IMG/VR virus record: IMGVR_UViG_3300010276_000001
DNA: 64,000 bases
Origin: a virus
Strand: one strand, 5' to 3'
The notes beneath the pieces were generated by a model. That model did not search any database. It saw only the letters and a list, made by a program, of their open reading frames with translations, and was not told the origin of the DNA. Below are positions 1-8,479 of this stretch, piece by piece. The first letter of the stretch is position 1. Each line of letters begins with the position of its first letter. The position numbers and the translations under genes were made by a program.

Positions 1-14
1 CATCAACTTAATTT

Positions 15-236
15 TTATATAGAAACCTTTAGAATGGATTGTAGGATATGAGCAGGTGTATTGTGTAATATAACATTAAACGCTCTTTGTTTCATTAACA
101 AAGAGTTTTTTTCTTTGCCATTAATATCATTGATACATAAAGACGCAATGTATTGTTTTTCATAGCTTCTATATATAGCATCATTACTAATAATATCAAA
201 CACTAACTTTTCTAATCTAAAGGTTTCTTTACACAT
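15..236 (-). CDS. hypothetical protein downstream of c-di-GMP-I riboswitch
   Basis: ORF track; AGGAGGGG RBS just upstream; no family recognised. Confidence 0.45.
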   Translation of the reverse strand: MCKETFRLEKLVFDIISNDAIYRSYEKQYIASLCINDINGKEKNSLLMKQRAFNVILHNTPAHILQSILKVSI

Positions 237-425
237 TATTTTCCCCTCCTGTAAATTAAAAATTTTGTCGCTCTATGGTGCAAACTAATGTTCGTATAAA
301 AGATTATACTATTTTATAATTTAAATTTCAACCCGAACAAAGGAAAATTTTTTAAATATTTGTAAGAATTTATGAGACTATAAAAGGGAAAATCAATTAA
401 GAAGTATCATAGAAAGGCTGAAAAT

Positions 426-500
426 GTTGCAGCTTGGCAATCATAGGCATTCCTCCCTTAGACCCATAGCTTTGCGTCCTTACCTTTCGATAAGTTTGCC
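426..500 (-). promoter_or_regulatory. cyclic di-GMP-I (GEMM) riboswitch aptamer
   Basis: Minus strand reads GGCAAAC-TTATC-GAAA-GGTAA-GGACGCAAAGC-TATGGGTCTAA...ATGATTGCCAAGCTGCAAC, matching the hallmark GGCAAAC / GNRA tetraloop / GGACGCAAAGC / GGTCTAA elements. Confidence 0.9.
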
Positions 501-636
501 AAAATTAATTTTTTGCATTATCACACTGTAAACAACGTACTTAGTTCAATATATTTACTACGTTTAACAAAGTATTCCCACGTGATAGATTGTTTTTTAA
601 ATCAGATGTTTTAGAAAGAGTTGAAGACAAAAAATA

Positions 637-664
637 AACCCGGAGCAGGCCGGGTGGTTTTTTG
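637..664. terminator. intrinsic terminator-like hairpin
   Basis: ACCCGG-AGCAGG-CCGGGT hairpin flanked by A and T tracts. Confidence 0.55.
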
Positions 665-828
665 TTGTTTTTAGATTAATGAATAAAAATCATACTATAG
701 GAACATAATTATACCACAAATAACAATATTAACAAAAATTCTTTTTACTGACAATTGACAAAAAAGTCTTATTAGTAGTATTATATTATTAGAGGTATAT
801 GTTAATAATTTTGGTTAGGAGGGTTATT

Positions 829-1047
829 ATGACACTACTAACTGTATTTGATTGGTTAAGCAGAATCGGTACATTTATGTTGATATTTTCAACTATTTTT
901 TTTATCTCCAAATATACAATTTGCAAATTGTTGCAACTTCATAAGTACTTGATATACAATAAAATATATATGGATGATGCAATAAGTATCATTATTAGCT
1001 TAATAATAATACTAAACTTTGTAACTATATCTTCTCCATATGCATAG
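829..1047 (+). CDS. small membrane protein (2 hydrophobic segments)
   Basis: ORF 799..1047; GGAGGG RBS favours ATG at 829; hydrophobic stretches. Confidence 0.55.
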   Translation: MTLLTVFDWLSRIGTFMLIFSTIFFISKYTICKLLQLHKYLIYNKIYMDDAISIIISLIIILNFVTISSPYA

Positions 1048-1052
1048 ACGAT

Positions 1053-1081
1053 GAAGAGACACTATTAGTAGTGTCTCTTTT
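1053..1081. terminator. bidirectional terminator between convergent genes
   Basis: AAGAGACACTA-TTAG-TAGTGTCTCTT palindrome followed by T tract. Confidence 0.75.
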
Positions 1082-1084
1082 GTA

Positions 1085-2188
1085 TTATTCTGATTCATCA
1101 TTAGTCAATATTGAATCAACATTTTGACTGTCAGATGCGTCAATAAGTATTTCATTATGATTTCTTTCTGGCAATTGAATCTGAAGATTCTTTATGTCTT
1201 TTTCAAGTTTATCTTGTAACTCAGCTATATCCTTTTCTTTCTCAGGGGTATCCTTAAATATTTCTGAAATTGTTCTAAGTAGTCCTGGTATTCCTTCCGT
1301 TTTGTATTCAACTTCACAGCACTTTAAAAAATTTATTTTAAATTCAGCTCCAACCAATAAAGCGATCGCCAATCCAATTACAAGTACTGATTTCATTTTA
1401 CCAGTAAATTGAATTGGTCCCTTTGACTGCACATTCATTTTTAATATTATATCATTTATGTCAATATTAATAGAACTATCATATTTATTTATAAAGTCTA
1501 TTATTTTCAAATTATTATTTAAAAAACTTAGCACATCAGAATATGGTATATTTGTTTTTCTGTTGACTTTATAAGTTAAATATGCTGTATCACCTTTTAT
1601 GTAGAACTGTGACAATGTCCTGTCAATAAAAGTTTCAAAAACCGTAATATCAATTATTGTATTGTGAGAATATATTATTCTATATAAATATGGGTCTAAT
1701 TCACTTTTTTTTGCAATATGTAACCACCTTACAGGTCTTCTTTTCTTTATAATTTGTCTACATTCTTGCTCATCATCAAAAGCATTTAAAAATTGTTCAA
1801 ACTCATCTTCTTCATAAATATACACATCACCTAATATTTCACCAAATGCAATCAACCCAGATTTTTCACTTGGAATCAAAACTATATCACCAGGTTGTAT
1901 ACCTAATACAAATCTTCTAATTTGTCCTGATATATAACCAGAATTTGTTATTTTAGGATACTGCTTTTGAATTTCTTTTTTTAAATCATCGTGACTACTG
2001 CTTTTAATAAAATTAATATCACTGACTTCATCCCATTCAATACCAACAAAATTCTCGTGTAAAAAATCGTTAAAATATGTTCCAGATTGCGTACGCAAAA
2101 ACCAATATCTACGATTAGGATTAATAACATCAATACCAATAGATTTTAATAATGAAATATCTTCTCGTCTTAAAACTAATTCTGACAT
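1085..2188 (-). CDS. 367-aa hypothetical protein; N-terminus resembles the YW-x-R...IGW domain seen on restriction-associated (Mrr/McrB-type) proteins
   Basis: YWFLRTQSG...FVGIEWDEV...FVLGIQPGDIVLIPS...GEI...RRPVRWL pattern; low GC; own terminator. Confidence 0.5.
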   Translation of the reverse strand: MSELVLRREDISLLKSIGIDVINPNRRYWFLRTQSGTYFNDFLHENFVGIEWDEVSDINFIKSSSHDDLKKEIQKQYPKITNSGYISGQIRRFVLGIQPGDIVLIPSEKSGLIAFGEILGDVYIYEEDEFEQFLNAFDDEQECRQIIKKRRPVRWLHIAKKSELDPYLYRIIYSHNTIIDITVFETFIDRTLSQFYIKGDTAYLTYKVNRKTNIPYSDVLSFLNNNLKIIDFINKYDSSINIDINDIILKMNVQSKGPIQFTGKMKSVLVIGLAIALLVGAEFKINFLKCCEVEYKTEGIPGLLRTISEIFKDTPEKEKDIAELQDKLEKDIKNLQIQLPERNHNEILIDASDSQNVDSILTNDESE

Positions 2189-2307
2189 TTTATTCCCCCC
2201 ATTTACAAAGATTACGTAAATTATACCATTAACTATTTGTAATAATTTGTCGAATTAGGTCGGTATTCAAAAATTTTGTACAAACTATATTTAGGCACAA
2301 AAAAACA

Positions 2308-2326
2308 GGGCAGCCGAAGCCGCCCT
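2308..2326. terminator. terminator ending the leftward accessory operon
   Basis: AGGGCAGC-CGAA-GCCGCCCT hairpin next to an A tract (T tract on minus strand). Confidence 0.65.
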
Positions 2327-2560
2327 TAAATAAACTGTAATATATTAACACTCATTTTTATTCCTGCACGTTTTCCTGCATTTTTGACAGCATCTTGAAT
2401 AGCTTTTTTACATAACCGATTACCTTGTATGCTTAAAAACAAGGCTGGGTTATCATCTGTTCTTGTATCTAAATATCTTTTAATACGTTATTAGTTGTTT
2501 GCTGAACCCTGTTAATTTCGATGCTTCATACGCAGTATACCATTCTTTGATTAAATTCAT
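2326..2560 (-). pseudogene. remnant: 26-aa HTH/excisionase-like start joined out of frame to a tyrosine-recombinase fragment
   Basis: 2480..2560 encodes MNLIKEWYTAYEASKLTGFSKQLITY* with an AGGAGG RBS; another frame reads RYLDTRTDDNPALFLSIQGNRLCKKAIQDAVKNAGKRAGI, typical of Xer-family catalytic domains. Confidence 0.6.
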
Positions 2561-2573
2561 ATTTAACCCTCCT

Positions 2574-3161
2574 TTAATCACTGCGTTGTCTATATTTTTC
2601 CGCTAACTCTTTTGGTTGGACATGTGTATAAATCATGGTTGTTGACAAACTCGAATGTCCTAGCATTGTTTGTACTTCCCTAATATTCATACCGACATCA
2701 TTTAAACTTCTTGTTGCAAAAGAGTGGCGCAATGTATGCGGATGCACAAGCTTTCTCTTATCGCCATCTTGTATATAAACCCCAGCTTTCTTTGAAAGAC
2801 GGTAACATACTTCTCGTATATATCGTTGGTCAAGCTGCCCCCCTTTTAAAGTTGAGAAAAAATATAAGCTGTCAGGTCTTATCATATCCCATTTTCTAAA
2901 AGCTTCAATCGTGGTATTATCAAGTACAGTATATCGGTCCTTATTTCCTTTTGATTGCTGAATATATAGAAGACCATTTTCAAAATCAACGTCACATGCT
3001 TTTAAATCGCACACTTCTTGAACCCTTAATCCACTACGATACATTGACAACATGATTGCATAATTCCGGATTCCGGTAGGACATGATAAATTAATACAAC
3101 TCAACATTTTATTGATGTCTTTCTTATTAATGACTTTTGGCAGTTTTAAAGCCATTATCAT
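2574..3161 (-). CDS. tyrosine recombinase (Xer/integrase catalytic domain, 195 aa)
   Basis: YRSGLRVQEV, KG, HTLRHSFAT, LGHS, TTMIYTH: full R-K-H-R-H-Y set. Confidence 0.92.
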   Translation of the reverse strand: MIMALKLPKVINKKDINKMLSCINLSCPTGIRNYAIMLSMYRSGLRVQEVCDLKACDVDFENGLLYIQQSKGNKDRYTVLDNTTIEAFRKWDMIRPDSLYFFSTLKGGQLDQRYIREVCYRLSKKAGVYIQDGDKRKLVHPHTLRHSFATRSLNDVGMNIREVQTMLGHSSLSTTMIYTHVQPKELAEKYRQRSD

Positions 3162-3460
3162 TCGCCTCCTTCCTTAATTAATTCTTGTTCCGATATTTCG
3201 CCAGCCATGAGTTTGGTTAAATCATTAATTGCATCTTGCTCATTCTCATATTCCCGAAGAATCTTAACAATTCTATGTCGATTCTTACCAACCTTCATCA
3301 GTCCGTATTTATCCGGACTTTTTCTGATTATATTCATATAACCGCCTCCTAAATTATTTTTGATTTCGATAAACCCTTTGGCTGATATATTTTCATAGTC
3401 AAATATGAAGGCAAGTAGTTCAGCAAATTTATTGTTTTCGTACTTTATTTTTTTAATCAA
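3158..3460 (-). CDS. hypothetical phage protein
   Basis: ORF track; overlaps neighbours as in an operon. Confidence 0.65.
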   Translation of the reverse strand: MIKKIKYENNKFAELLAFIFDYENISAKGFIEIKNNLGGGYMNIIRKSPDKYGLMKVGKNRHRIVKILREYENEQDAINDLTKLMAGEISEQELIKEGGE

Positions 3461-4127
3461 TTAATTCATATCTACCTATTTCATGAATAACAGTTTCAAT
3501 ATTACCATTCCAATCTTCAACACAATCTTCAAATTCATCTTCAATATATTTCGCCCAACCTTCTTTTACAATTACATTATAATCATAAGGCTCTGTACCT
3601 GTTCCTAAATCCTCGTTAAGTTCGTCTAATGTTGCAATACGAGCAATTTGAGATTCATCATCTGTCAGTTCATTGCCAAATCTGAAATATTTTCCTTCAT
3701 CATCTTCAACAATATAAACTGTAAATGCCTTTATTAAGTATTCTTCATAATATTCCAAAAACTTACATTCAAAGTAGTCATACAAATCTTCTGCAATATC
3801 ATTTATTTCTTCTTCTGTAAAATGCTTTGTGCTGTTTTCTTCTCCTGCACTAAATACAACTATAAGACCAGATTCTTCTTTTATTATATCAATAATTTCA
3901 ACATTTTTGAGTTCTTCGATAAGTCCGAGCTTTGTGGCATCTCTAATAATATCTTCACTTGTTGCATCGCCTGCACTGTAGCCATCTTCCCATAAATGAT
4001 ATGCGCCTCGATACTGTACAGTTTCCCATACCTTATCTTCTGCATAATTGCCAGCGTCATTTTCTAAATAAGCATCAACGCTGTACTTTCTGTTTAAATC
4101 TTGCCATGCATCTCTAAACCATGACAT
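3453..4127 (-). CDS. acidic hypothetical phage protein
   Basis: 224-aa ORF, AAGGAG RBS, D/E-rich. Confidence 0.75.
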   Translation of the reverse strand: MSWFRDAWQDLNRKYSVDAYLENDAGNYAEDKVWETVQYRGAYHLWEDGYSAGDATSEDIIRDATKLGLIEELKNVEIIDIIKEESGLIVVFSAGEENSTKHFTEEEINDIAEDLYDYFECKFLEYYEEYLIKAFTVYIVEDDEGKYFRFGNELTDDESQIARIATLDELNEDLGTGTEPYDYNVIVKEGWAKYIEDEFEDCVEDWNGNIETVIHEIGRYELID

Positions 4128-4261
4128 TCATACCAACTCCTTTTTAATTTTTTATTTCATCTTAATATGGTTAAATCCATGACTTGTGACTGGTTCCATT
4201 TTCAAAGAAATGTATTACCGCCGAAAACTCGGTGTAACTCTGCATTAGATATTTTTTTATA

Positions 4262-4290
4262 TTGACATTTAGATTTTATTATTGTATAAT
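4262..4290 (+). promoter_or_regulatory. perfect sigma-A promoter, antisense to the leftward operon
   Basis: TTGACA (4262-4267), 17 bp, TATAAT (4285-4290). Confidence 0.75.
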
Positions 4291-4483
4291 TTTATCAGTG
4301 TAACAAACACATTAGATGTATTGAAATTTGTATGATTTTATACAAGTTTCAAGTGTAACCGATACACGTTGGTGTAGCAAGATTTTCAAACATAATAAAA
4401 CACTCTCCTTTTCTGCCGTCATTACGGCATATTATTTATTGTACCAGCTCACCAGCTGGGAAAATAGCTCATCAGCTACATTT

Positions 4484-4512
4484 ATTTTACAAGACTTTAC
4501 AAAAGTTGTCAA
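4484..4512 (-). promoter_or_regulatory. sigma-A promoter (leftward, internal)
   Basis: Minus strand TTGACA, 17 bp, TAAAAT. Confidence 0.65.
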
Positions 4513-4548
4513 CTTTTTATTGATAAAGCCTATAAGCGTTGGCGGCTT

Positions 4549-5811
4549 TTACACCGCCTGTACGGTTTCTTTGAATTCATATTTATGTAATTGCCAGTCG
4601 TCCATATAAACCCCAACAAAATCACTCCATTTGCTTTTAGTGACTTTTCGCTGTACCGGTTCTCCGATAAATTGCCCCGGAACGGGTACACCGTTTTCAA
4701 CTGCTATCTGTTGAAGCTTAACACCTGTTGCGGTTGTTTTTACAACCTGATATGCTCTATATACTGCGTTTTTTGTATCCATGCCGTAATTTATAGTTAA
4801 AATGTCACCAACTTTGTACGGATTATCAATCTTTTTTGTTGCTGGGTCCTTTGCTTCGATAATTTCTGTAATTGCCGCATAAGGTTCAGTTAATACGCCG
4901 CCTGACGCACCGCCGTCAAGGATCTTAAAAGTCACATTCACCGGACCGGCTGAAAGAATTTCGCACCTTCCCCAACGTCTCATTTTGACAATATAACCAA
5001 CTTTGATATTATCCTTGTTAAACCTATTCCCTCCGATTTCGTCCAGTTTATTTTCAAGGAATGCTTGTTTGTCTATCTCCCACTCCATTTTCTCAAGCGT
5101 TTCCTTAATATATTCATTGTATCTTTCGGCCGGAATGATTTCGCCGTTATAATCTTTAATTTCTTCGCCCTGTTCAATTCTGTGCAGTATTTCCTCATAA
5201 TAGACAATATTCTTTTCGAGTTTTGCAATTGTTGTTTTACATTCTTTAATTCTGTTATGTAAATAAACCGGGTCTTTTAGCTGCGCCATGCTTGCGGTTT
5301 GCCTTGCAGTTTCTGCCCTGCTACTGAAATATTCGCTTTTCCGGTATTCGTCAAAACCTTTGCGGTACCGTTCAAAAATGCGTTCTCTTTGCCTAGCAAA
5401 TGCCTGACTTCCAGCATGGCCGGCGATAATCGGCTGCGTAAAAAATGCTGTATCGCCACTAAAACGATTTAATTCAGATTGAAGGCTTTCCGCTCTTTTC
5501 TCTGCATTTGCTGCATGTTGTTCCATTCGTTCCGCTCTTGACTCGGCTCTTTCTGCTTTTCTCTCTAGCTCTTCAGCATATGAAAGCTTTTCGCCAACTT
5601 TGCCGCCATCTTCTAATCCAAGCTTTTGAGCAACTTGTAAAGCCCAGTAATGATTCTTTGTGCTTCTGCTTACCCATGCGCCAGCTGCTCGGCTCCATAA
5701 AAAATTGCTTTTAATTTCTTTTTTTAAATCATCTGATAAAGCCATATATTCCTCTTTATCAAAATGCAACTCAACCTTGCTTGTTTCTTTATTGATAATG
5801 TATTTTCCCAT
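4549..5811 (-). CDS. DUF3560-like domain protein
   Basis: Coiled coil ERKAERAESRAERM followed by FFTQPIIAGHAGSQAFARQRERI, resembling the DUF3560 QPILVGHHSE motif. Confidence 0.7.
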   Translation of the reverse strand: MGKYIINKETSKVELHFDKEEYMALSDDLKKEIKSNFLWSRAAGAWVSRSTKNHYWALQVAQKLGLEDGGKVGEKLSYAEELERKAERAESRAERMEQHAANAEKRAESLQSELNRFSGDTAFFTQPIIAGHAGSQAFARQRERIFERYRKGFDEYRKSEYFSSRAETARQTASMAQLKDPVYLHNRIKECKTTIAKLEKNIVYYEEILHRIEQGEEIKDYNGEIIPAERYNEYIKETLEKMEWEIDKQAFLENKLDEIGGNRFNKDNIKVGYIVKMRRWGRCEILSAGPVNVTFKILDGGASGGVLTEPYAAITEIIEAKDPATKKIDNPYKVGDILTINYGMDTKNAVYRAYQVVKTTATGVKLQQIAVENGVPVPGQFIGEPVQRKVTKSKWSDFVGVYMDDWQLHKYEFKETVQAV

Positions 5812-5953
5812 CTGATAAACCTCCTAATATTTTAATATGATTCCGGGATTGCTCCTGGATATTTTCAACGCCAAACACCGGAACGCACTAGCAAAATGCT
5901 AAAATGCGTCCCGGTGACGGTGAGCTATGCTCGTGTCGTAGGGTTCTATTCAA

Positions 5954-6487
5954 CTATTCAACTATGAAGTGTGGCCCCCTGCAGTGGTAGCAGGTCGCCT
6001 TTTCCTGGACTGCCTCAATGGCAGCTCGCAGGAATTCAGGCGGTTCAATGTTCCATTCGTTTTCGCTAAACTCACATACGAGTTCAGCATTGGTATAATA
6101 TTTAGGTATATGTTTCTCCCATACGTAAGGCTGACAGTATGGGAAAAATTCCGGGTTGTCCCCGTTTTTTTCTGCTTCCTTTCTGGCGATATCTCGCCAG
6201 TCTACGTATTTGACCTCCGGTATATGTGTAATTCTCCAAATTTGAATAATGAAATCTTCTCTGTGATGTTCTGCTTCCACTATATAATCCCCAGTTTGAA
6301 CAGGGATAAGTGCATGTAAAGAGCACGCAAGTTCACCACGACGGCGAATATAGATAGCTTTCTTTCGTTCACCGTGATTTCCAGTTATAATAGTGGCTTC
6401 ACCTGTATGAGTGTAGCCACCACCGCACTCCCACAGGCATGGCAGTCCTTTCTTTGAAATTTCCAACTTAAATTCTTTCATTGACAT
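5954..6487 (-). CDS. hypothetical phage protein (LWECGGG...CYHC motifs)
   Basis: 177-aa ORF with GGGAGAGG RBS. Confidence 0.75.
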   Translation of the reverse strand: MSMKEFKLEISKKGLPCLWECGGGYTHTGEATIITGNHGERKKAIYIRRRGELACSLHALIPVQTGDYIVEAEHHREDFIIQIWRITHIPEVKYVDWRDIARKEAEKNGDNPEFFPYCQPYVWEKHIPKYYTNAELVCEFSENEWNIEPPEFLRAAIEAVQEKATCYHCRGPHFIVE

Positions 6488-6536
6488 TAGTCACCTCTCC
6501 CTTCAATATATTCTTTTAATATTTTTTTGATAAATC

Positions 6537-6923
6537 TTATATCTTTATTTGGAATAACAATTCGGACACATCTTTTATTATTGCACTGTTAAGGTCATGC
6601 GTGGTTAAAACACTCACGATATAATTGCCATCATCGTCTTTGTAACGCTCTGCTAATCCTCTCAAATTGTTCTGCATTGTAAAAGGTATTTCAGAAATCA
6701 CTATTGAGCGTTTTCCATTATGATTATCATAATAGATTGCACGATTGTTTGGGTCATCTGCTTCATTTACAATGATGTGCAAAGTGTGTAAACAATGCCA
6801 ACGAGTGGAAGCACCGTTCTTATCAAATTCAACATCCATTTTATCTTTAATGATTTGGGCTAACCAACTTGTATCTTCAAGTTTTCTAACGGTATTTGAT
6901 ATTCTTGATTTTCTCATAATCAA
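6537..6923 (-). CDS. hypothetical protein
   Basis: 128-aa ORF with AAGGGAGAG RBS. Confidence 0.7.
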   Translation of the reverse strand: MIMRKSRISNTVRKLEDTSWLAQIIKDKMDVEFDKNGASTRWHCLHTLHIIVNEADDPNNRAIYYDNHNGKRSIVISEIPFTMQNNLRGLAERYKDDDGNYIVSVLTTHDLNSAIIKDVSELLFQIKI

Positions 6924-7024
6924 TCTCTCCCTTTCAACCTGTACGGATTATTTCCGTATTTCTTAATTATATTGTACGTCAATTTTCCGTACATGACAGG
7001 AGCCGGAGCTCCTGCCATCTGCAA

Positions 7025-7369
7025 TTATTCGAAGATTGCCTGTATCTTTCTAACTGTGCCCCCGTAAGGTATTTTCGGGGCATTGGTACGGTATACTTCA
7101 ATTTTGATTCTGCCGTACTTGGTAATATAGCCCTCTATGCAGGTTGTTTCTGCTCTCCAATCATAACTATTAGGTACTGCATATTTCTTAACACCTTCAA
7201 TTCTTTTCAAATACTTTCTTTCTACCTTGTCAGACAGTGCTTTTTCTCTGACCTCTTGCAATGCTGCTACAAAATTTTTCACATCTTCAAGATCCATTGT
7301 GCGGGCGCTGCATCTTGCCTGCACTTGATTCAATCTTTCTTCTACCTTCTTCATGTTCAATCTTGCCAT
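7025..7369 (-). CDS. hypothetical phage protein
   Basis: ORF 7025..7417; AAGGAGAG RBS favours ATG at 7369 (MARLNMKKVEE). Confidence 0.75.
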   Translation of the reverse strand: MARLNMKKVEERLNQVQARCSARTMDLEDVKNFVAALQEVREKALSDKVERKYLKRIEGVKKYAVPNSYDWRAETTCIEGYITKYGRIKIEVYRTNAPKIPYGGTVRKIQAIFE

Positions 7370-7451
7370 TTTGCTCTCCTTTCCGGTCCAATTCAATTTT
7401 GGACCCTTCCCGGACATTTCCGGGGCTGGCGTCGGTCGCCACCCTTTTTTA

Positions 7452-7512
7452 TTTTGGCTGTCTCATCAGTGCTGGTTGCCAACCCAACAGACCGCCGAAG
7501 CGGTTTCGACAA
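7452..7512 (-). ncRNA. type II hammerhead ribozyme with pseudoknot
   Basis: Minus strand: UUGUC-GAAA-CCGC(UUCG)GCGG-UC^-UGUUGG(GUUGGCAA)CCAGCA-CUGAUGA-GACA-GCCAA. All core nucleotides and stems I-III present, GUC cleavage triplet at 7492-7490, loop I UUGGC pairs with downstream GCCAA. Confidence 0.93.
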
Positions 7513-7513
7513 T

Positions 7514-7702
7514 TTAAAACACTGAATAAATAACTATTTCATAGTCACATGTACAGCGTCTTTTGTATTCGATACCTAACCTGTTTAGGTGTCGTTCAAT
7601 TCTTTTGTGCTCTTGATAGGGGACATTGATGTTTATGCCTCCGCCAAAATTCGAGACATATTCTATATTGTTGCGCTTCAGATATTTTTTTAAAATACTC
7701 AT
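7514..7702 (-). CDS. small hypothetical phage protein (62 aa)
   Basis: AAGGGAGGG RBS favours ATG at 7702; flanked by two hammerheads. Confidence 0.7.
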   Translation of the reverse strand: MSILKKYLKRNNIEYVSNFGGGININVPYQEHKRIERHLNRLGIEYKRRCTCDYEIVIYSVF

Positions 7703-7722
7703 GAATAAACCCTCCCTTAAAT

Positions 7723-7776
7723 TTCCCGTTTCGCCGGAGCTTCCCCGGCTCATCAGCAGGCTATGCCTGGACGGAA
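7723..7776 (-). ncRNA. type III hammerhead ribozyme
   Basis: Minus strand: UUCCG-UC^-CAGGC(AUA)GCCUG-CUGAUGA-GCCGG(GGAAGCU)CCGGC-GAAA-CGGGAA. Complete core; GUC triplet ends at 7770. Confidence 0.92.
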
Positions 7777-7786
7777 TGGCACCGGC

Positions 7787-8296
7787 TTATATTAAAGCCA
7801 GCGCCTCATTGATTGTAATACTGACAGCTTCTTGTCTCATTTCTTTCTTGATAAACCTTGCTAGTTTTATGAAGAACTTTATATCATCTTCGCTGACGTC
7901 CTCTAAGTGAACGCTTGCTATGATTAGATTATCATATACTACCTGTTGCAGTTCTTCACTGTACCAACTACCAAGGCCTTTTTCCAAAGTGGGAACCATT
8001 TCATATTTTTTATAAATTTTTTGAATTACTGTGGATATTACTTTTTTTAACTTCTCTTTGCCTGCTACTTCATTGATGTTATATGTATCAGGAATAAACA
8101 AAGATAAAGTATTAAGTTCTCTGTCCTTTTTTAGTTCGATAAACTCATTGCCGGAAACATTGCTATAAAGTTCACCTGTATCAAAGTTCAACGTTGCGCC
8201 ACCATGTTGTTTTGCAGCTTCTTCAAGATTGTTAACTTTAACTTTGTTTGAAAGGAAAAAGCTGAAATTGAACTTTTTTGAATCAATTTTCTTCAT
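7787..8296 (-). CDS. hypothetical phage protein
   Basis: 169-aa ORF with AAAGGAG RBS, directly after the twister. Confidence 0.75.
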   Translation of the reverse strand: MKKIDSKKFNFSFFLSNKVKVNNLEEAAKQHGGATLNFDTGELYSNVSGNEFIELKKDRELNTLSLFIPDTYNINEVAGKEKLKKVISTVIQKIYKKYEMVPTLEKGLGSWYSEELQQVVYDNLIIASVHLEDVSEDDIKFFIKLARFIKKEMRQEAVSITINEALALI

Positions 8297-8329
8297 TTTG
8301 ATTGATAACTCCTTTCGTTTTAGCTTATA

Positions 8330-8385
8330 CCCTCTGCATTTTTCCAGGCTTGGGACTGGCTGCTACTATGTGACAGGCTGCATTA
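8330..8385 (-). ncRNA. twister ribozyme (type P1-like core)
   Basis: Minus strand: U^AA-UGC-A-GC-CUGU..GCAG-CCAG-UCCCAAGC-CUGG-AAAAAU-GCA-GAGGG. P2 UGC/GCA, P4 CCAG/CUGG, invariant L4 UCCCAAGC and 3' GAGGG match the twister consensus; P1 is weak. Confidence 0.85.
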
Positions 8386-8479
8386 CTTTCCACGCTCTTC
8401 CCTTCCGCTCCCCCTAACCAGCGCCACCGCCTTTGGGGTATGACCCGCATTATGCAGGCTCATCAGGAATTGCGCTTAC

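Noticed and set aside
520-1085. Exact attL site
   Set aside because: Serine-integrase att sites have only short cores, and attR is outside the window, so it cannot be placed
4297-4390. Mini-CRISPR array or solitary repeat (GTTTCAA / ATTGAAA, GTGTAAC copies)
   Set aside because: Shared words are only 7-8 bp, spacing is irregular, and they do not match a repeat family I recognise
4446-4477. Hammerhead at the CUGAUGA near 4469-4475 (minus)
   Set aside because: No GAAA after the putative stem II and no stem III or cleavage triplet; more likely a DNA palindrome pair
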